A stretch of DNA of 64,000 nt from Moniliella sp. 'wahieum' (taxonomy: Eukaryota). The position numbers were made by a program, and so were the translations under genes. Location: the NCBI GenBank assembly GCA_003971905.1, contig RSEE01000020.1, positions 62,001-126,000 on the forward strand. The letters are read 5' to 3'. Below, one piece after another: positions 58,560 through 64,000 of the stretch (the stretch's first letter is position 1; the number at the start of each line of letters is the position of its first letter). The notes under the pieces were generated by a model. It had not been told where the DNA came from, did not search any database, and worked only from the letters and a program-made list of their open reading frames with translations.

Positions 58560-60459
58560 TCTACCAGTCACTAGCCACGATTGTCGGCACTTGATAATTC
58601 CAAAAATGCGAGAAATGCGAGAGTGGGCTCTTGTGTTTGGCCCGGGTATTGCTACACAGTGGCACGAAGGAGAGTGCGCGGCTTGAGGCGCCGGCGGTAG
58701 GCCTCTTCCGTCGAAGGGATGCGAATGGGCCCAATTTGTCCCCCTGGGCTTTCTGGATGGATCTTTTCGTAGAACAGGAGATACGCGCTTTGCCCCAAAC
58801 ACCTCCTCTAATGAACAAGGTCGCACGTCGGCATCAGAGATGCGCAGCCACTCTTCTCTCTTGGGGTCGACAAGAGCATCCTCAAATTCGTCCGCCTCGG
58901 CAGACGAGGAGGGTCGTCGACGAAAAGCAATGTAGTGCCCATAGCCGTGCATCCCCAAATGAACCACGACTGCCATCAGACGATACATCTCGGCCCGCTC
59001 ATAGACTTGCAACTCTGCCCTCAGTGCGTCCAACTTGGCCTCAGAAGACCGAGCAGCGATGTCTGTCCCTTCCCCAGGCTCAGCGCAAGGGCTTCCTCAT
59101 CCGAAATGCGCGGTTCGAAACATCCTTGCGGAGGCAAACACAAGGTCTCGGGGAATGGGATAAAGGCCGAATTCTTCACCGCACCACCTGCGAAGAAAGA
59201 AGAACGAGACAAATGGATTGGGAGAACCTCTCCGCCACGGAGGAGGGTCTGACGGGTGGCAGCCATGTTCGGGAACCGGTCCCCTCGTGTGCGCAGCTCG
59301 GACCATAGTTCCTCGTGATCAGACTCGTCCAGTGGAGACGTAACCATGCCCTGATTTGTCTCAGAGAGGGGGACCCCCATCTCTTCCACCTCGTCTTCAC
59401 TCAAGTTGTCCCGTAAGATCCGTTCGACTTGTTGAAGCACCCGCTTAATGTGAGCAATTTGCGCTTTGGGATCTACACAGTCGCCCTTGTCCTTCTTGGG
59501 TTTCTTCTTTTTTCGCTTCTTGCCCGATACCGAAAGGCGGCCCACGTCCCCATTCGGCGTTTCCCCTTGCTCAATATCCCTGAGCTCCAATAACCGGGAA
59601 GAAAGACGGACCTGGGTACGTCTTACGCTGCAGCGCCAACAGGTCCATTCCACGCGCTCTTCTTGTCCCCAGCGGACCAGGGAGGAAACCAAGTCAGCCT
59701 CCGGCGTTAGCTCCAATACCGGTGAGGAGGTAACCCGCATACCTGCTGTGTAACCACAAACCAGGCAGCGTGTCATCCTTCCTACGAGACTTTGGAGCGC
59801 GGAGAATTTCTCTCTTGTTGTGGCGGGGAGAAAGGGAGAAAGGCCCGCAGCCCACCTCGCAGGAGCCGGGTGTACTCGACGCGGTACCGCTGTGTACGAT
59901 CTTGCTCTTCCTGCAAGGCATCCAGCAGGAGCAAAAGCAGTTCATGTGCATCTTGCTGTTCATGGGCACCCGTCAGCGTGCGCGTGCTCCATCCCCCCGG
60001 CTTGGGGGCAGAGAGGGCACGAGCGACGGCAGTTACGTGGATCGCCCATGGGCGCGAACGGGGCCCATTGAGCTCATCCCACAGGTCCCCACTCGCTTGT
60101 AACACAGGCGCCGACAGTTCGCTCTCCCCTGCCCGTCTTCGGGCATTCTCCACTTCCTCCACGAAGCGTGGAACACTAGCCAGGGCTTGGAGAGTGGAGT
60201 TCATAAAACACGTGTTTCCTGCATTGTAGATGCCAGGGAGGTAGCCGCCGCGTCTCGTGGGTGGAGGCGGGGGGGTGGGGGGAGCAAAGCGCGCCCACAC
60301 ACCCGATGCGCTAGGGGTCAAGCCGACGCCTAGCATAACAACCAAGAGGGCAAGGAGTGTGAGGAGGCCCACAACGAGGTTACTCGGGGGAGTCCACAGA
60401 GACGATGCTGGCACGGATACGGTAACAATGGGCTGGAGATGGGGCCAGTTGATGCCCAT
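58560..60459 (-). CDS. Ubiquitin-specific protease (C19) with N-terminal TM segment (Ubp16/USP30- or Ubp1-like)
   Basis: GIYNAGNTCFMNSTLQAL (Cys box), QQDAHE, HLGMHGYGHYIAFR (His box), WLRISD; hydrophobic LVVGLLTLLALLVVMLGV. Confidence 0.92.
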
Positions 60460-60734
60460 CGGCCCTCGGCTGGTAGCGGGGAGCAAGGGCGTTGGGAAGG
60501 CGTGTGATGGTGGGTGCAAGCAAACATTGCCACTGGCCATCCTACAACGCAGCCAGCTGTGTTCCCCAGCTCATCGATCTCATCGTCGACTGGCTACTGC
60601 CGAAACAATCACTCGATCACCGGGATCACCGATCACCACTGTAGGACAACTAACTGCCTTGCCAGCCCAATTCCGCTCCAGTTTCAATTCTTCTGGTGAC
60701 CCCCCACCACCACCAGCCCAAGTCCCCGCCGACA

Positions 60735-61083
60735 ATGGCCGCGGTGCTCAACGACGCTTTGCACTCCATCGCACGGCACGTGGCGCCCTCAACGCCATTG
60801 GCGCGCTACGTAGCGGCGGTGCTCGCGCCTGCTGCCGAAACGTCTTCCCCGGCGGCAGCGGTGGTGCGGACGGCAACAAACCTGGACCTGTTCCTCAGCC
60901 ACCAGGCGACCCATGCCGTACGTCTTGCGGGTAGCCCCATGGGCAGGACTGGATACTAACAGCAGTGCGTAGGAGCTGGTGGCCAGGTACAACCCCACCC
61001 TCTCCGCAGACGAGGAGGAGCGTGTGCGGCTGACGGCGCGGCGGGTGGGGCTGGACGTGCCGAAGGACGCGAAGCATGACTGA
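60735..61083 (+). CDS. FMC1: Mitochondrial ATP synthase assembly factor FMC1 (97 aa, intron 60918-60972)
   Basis: The spliced product ends ELVARYNPTLSADEEERVRLTARRVGLDVP, matching the fungal FMC1 signature. GTACGT donor, CTAAC branch, TAG acceptor, in frame. Missed by the ORF track. Confidence 0.85.
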
Positions 61084-61586
61084 GACGACACTGCCGTGCG
61101 GCTAGCAGACTAGCAGCACAGTGTATAATCACACGCTGGAACTTGTCTCGTGGCCCTGTCCAATTCCATCGAGCCCGTCTAACCTAGTGCATCCGGCATC
61201 CAATCCATTCGAGTGCTCCTCGGCGGCATGGCCGGCTGGGCGGGGCGAGGGGCTGGGACGGTGGAAGCGGGGCGGGTATAGTAGGCTGCGGATGGCGCTG
61301 ATGCTCAATGTTCAATGTTTAGTGTTCAAACGTTCAGTGCCCTCGGGCTTCGGCGTGGGCTGCTGGCCGCTGTGCCTGCTGGCCGCGAGCAGAGCAGGTG
61401 GAGTGCGCGGCGCACCCAGCGGCGCACCCACCCGCACATTCGCTTGCGCTTGGTCAGCCCAGCTTGCCTAGCCGCCGCGCTCTTACCGCACCAGCCCCCG
61501 CCAGGCCCACGTCCGTTCCCCCCGCCGCTCCTCTCCCCTCTCCTCCGGCCTCCCCTGCCTCCCGCCGCCCCCGCCCACCTGGCAGG

Positions 61587-63583
61587 ATGGCGCCCAGAGC
61601 TCCCGGCATGCGTGCCGCCCTGCTCCGCCACCTGGGCCTCGCCATCATGCGCTGCGTCACCTTTTCCATCTGGGTGCAGGTGCCGCTCTGGTGGGCCTTC
61701 GGCCTCCTCTACCTCCTCTACCTCCTCAGCCCCTGGGCCGTGCTTCCAGCGGGGCTGGTGCGCATTCTCGACGCCCACCCATACACCGCCTGCGCTCTCT
61801 TTGTCTACAGTTGCGCCGAGAACGCCTTCTCCCTGTATTACCAGTACCTGTGCCATCTCATCCAGCAGCCCGGTCCACGCCCCATGTATGGCCGCCGCTT
61901 CTTGCGGTATGTGCTCTCTCGTGCTCTCGACTCCGGCATGTTCCCCACCGCCGATGGCTCTCACCCTCGTCGCATCAGCTCTGTCCCCAGTCACGCGGCC
62001 GACTCGACGCACACGCCTTGGAGCCCATTGAGGTCCTCCAGCCGAGCCCACACCCCAGCCGAGTCCCCAGCCCTAGCCCCAACGTGACTCTCAACACGTC
62101 TGAGCAAGAGCGAAATGAGCGCGTACGCCGTCTTCGGCGCGTGTCCTACGTCCCGGCATTTGTCGACGATCGCCTAGCCGCCGATGATCCGCGTGCCCAA
62201 TCTTTTGCCCAGGAACAGGGCATGTGGTACTGGAGCCCCCATCTCACAATTTGACCCGGCGGGACGTGGAGCATTGGCTTGCATGGCGCTATATGGCATG
62301 CATCTTGCCGATCTTGAGGCAGAAGCAAGCGACCCGCATTCCCAAGCCCGCAATGCCAACGCATCCCCTGCTCCACCCTCCTGGTCCGAACCCCAAGGCC
62401 GTCGGCCGGGGCTGGTGGATGTGATTCCTCGGCGTAAGGATACGCGGGAATGGGAACATGTCGAGACGCGCGCACGACCTGGGGAATGGAACGACCCCGT
62501 CCATGGCAACGGCTAGACTTTTTGCGCTATTGCCGTGAACTGATTGAGGCTCGCCAAGGATTTAGCCTTCCTCTCCAAATTGAAGGGAGGGATCCAAAGT
62601 GGCTCATGAAGGACCCCACAACGGGGGAAGTGATGCACCGTGTCATGCGTCTCACTATTGATCCCGTCCGTACCACAGCGCGGCCACTTTTATTATACCT
62701 CTTAGTCAACTCGTTGAGCTATCTCGAGATCGCCTGGGTGCGCCGTCATGGGTTTCAACAAGAACAAGAGGGACGCTTGCGTTACCTCATTTACCGCCCA
62801 TCTGGCTGGACTCCTGAAAAAGCTGCCAAGGACCAAACCTCCTTCACTCGCCCTCTGGTCGTCTTTCACGGGCTTGGTATCGGGCTGGCGCAGTATGACT
62901 CGGTGCTCAAGCTCCTAGTCCAAACCCCCGAGTTTAAGGACCGACCCATTCTCGTCCCTCGGCAAGATCAAATCTCCATGTCAATCTTTAGCCGAGACTA
63001 CCTGGATCCGCTGGCGCACCACGAGACCACCCAGTACTTGCATCACATTATGGCCCGCGAGGGCTGGCTTGACCCCAAGGTAGGAATTGAAATCCTGGGG
63101 CACTCGTGGGGTACGATTGTAGCGTCGTGGACGCTCAAGTCGATGAACACGTTGGTCAAGCGATGCTGTCTGGTGGATCCCGTCTGTTTCCAGCTGTGGG
63201 TCCCGCACGTATGCTTTAATTTTGTCTATCGCCGTGCCGACGACGCGATTTCCCTGATGATGCGGTACTTTGTGGCGCGCGAGGTGGGCACGGCCAACGT
63301 GCTGTGTCGCTACTTTGATTGGTCCTCCAACATTCTCTGGCCCGAGGAGATCCCCTGCCTCGACGATCCCAACCGGGTGCTCATCATGCTGGCGACGAAC
63401 GATGCCATTCTAGATTATAAGAGCAACTACGACTACCTGGCTGCTCATGGCATGCGCGACTTTAGCCAAGGCGGTGGACTGTTTGTTGGCCCCGGGCTGG
63501 CCCATGGCGAGCTGCTCCTGCCTCACTGCCAGGGTCTCGAACTCATTCACCAGTTCTTTACCCAGAAGAGAAAGGCAGAGTAG
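61587..63583 (+). CDS. Membrane-associated alpha/beta hydrolase (uncharacterised fungal family)
   Basis: N-terminal TM segments; PLVVFHGLGIGL, GHSWGT nucleophile, LVDPVCF, NFVYR, YFVARE, GLAHG. Confidence 0.85.
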
Positions 63584-64000
63584 CCCCCATGTATTCCCTC
63601 ATCGATCCTCATCGATCATCTTTCATGCATATGTGTCTTCTCGCTCTTCTCTCGATGTAGCAAATAAAACGGGGCTAGACTCGATCGGTTCGCCTTTTGG
63701 CCAGCCACGGAGAGCGATAATCGATAATCGATAAGGGACGCGAAGAGTGCGTACCCAAATTACTGACACTCCAAGCGCAGCGGGGCAACGGGAGTTCTAC
63801 TATGTTGCTGATAACCCGTCGGTGCATCATTCTCCAATATCTGCCTCCCTCTGCAGTGGAGAGGAAACGAATATATTCTTGACTTGCCTACTTAGCTCAC
63901 ATATGAATAGCAGTGTGCACTCTGCAACACACCATCAACTGCCTGTGCTCTGGTGTTCGACACAATTCTCGTTCCAACAATTAACGTTCAACTTGAACAA

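Overview
GC-rich eukaryotic DNA, most likely from a basidiomycete fungus: few short GT-AG introns with CTAAC branch points, intron-containing tRNAs and fungal gene families. Almost every long gene, including the essential PRP22, is broken by 1-nt indels. I read this as unpolished long-read error rather than real pseudogenisation, so CDS boundaries are approximate. About 24 protein genes are recognisable: subtilisin, Srk1/Rck2-like kinase, a CLK-like pseudokinase, two transporters, PITH, secreted lipase, RING E3, arrestin, WDR70, PRP22, GMC oxidoreductase, PFK-2/FBPase-2, SPT small subunit, aminotransferase, RPS25, PLC-like phosphodiesterase, methyltransferase, USP, FMC1 and an alpha/beta hydrolase, among others. 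There are also 3 tRNA genes. The most notable feature is a composite mobile element at 4434-8237. A CRE-type non-LTR retrotransposon (zinc knuckle, RT, restriction-like endonuclease; 4535-7840) sits exactly between TCTCTATATC and ATAAGATCGG, 10 nt inside the 5' end of a small Helitron-like element. The uninterrupted (empty) target site is visible 91 bp upstream.
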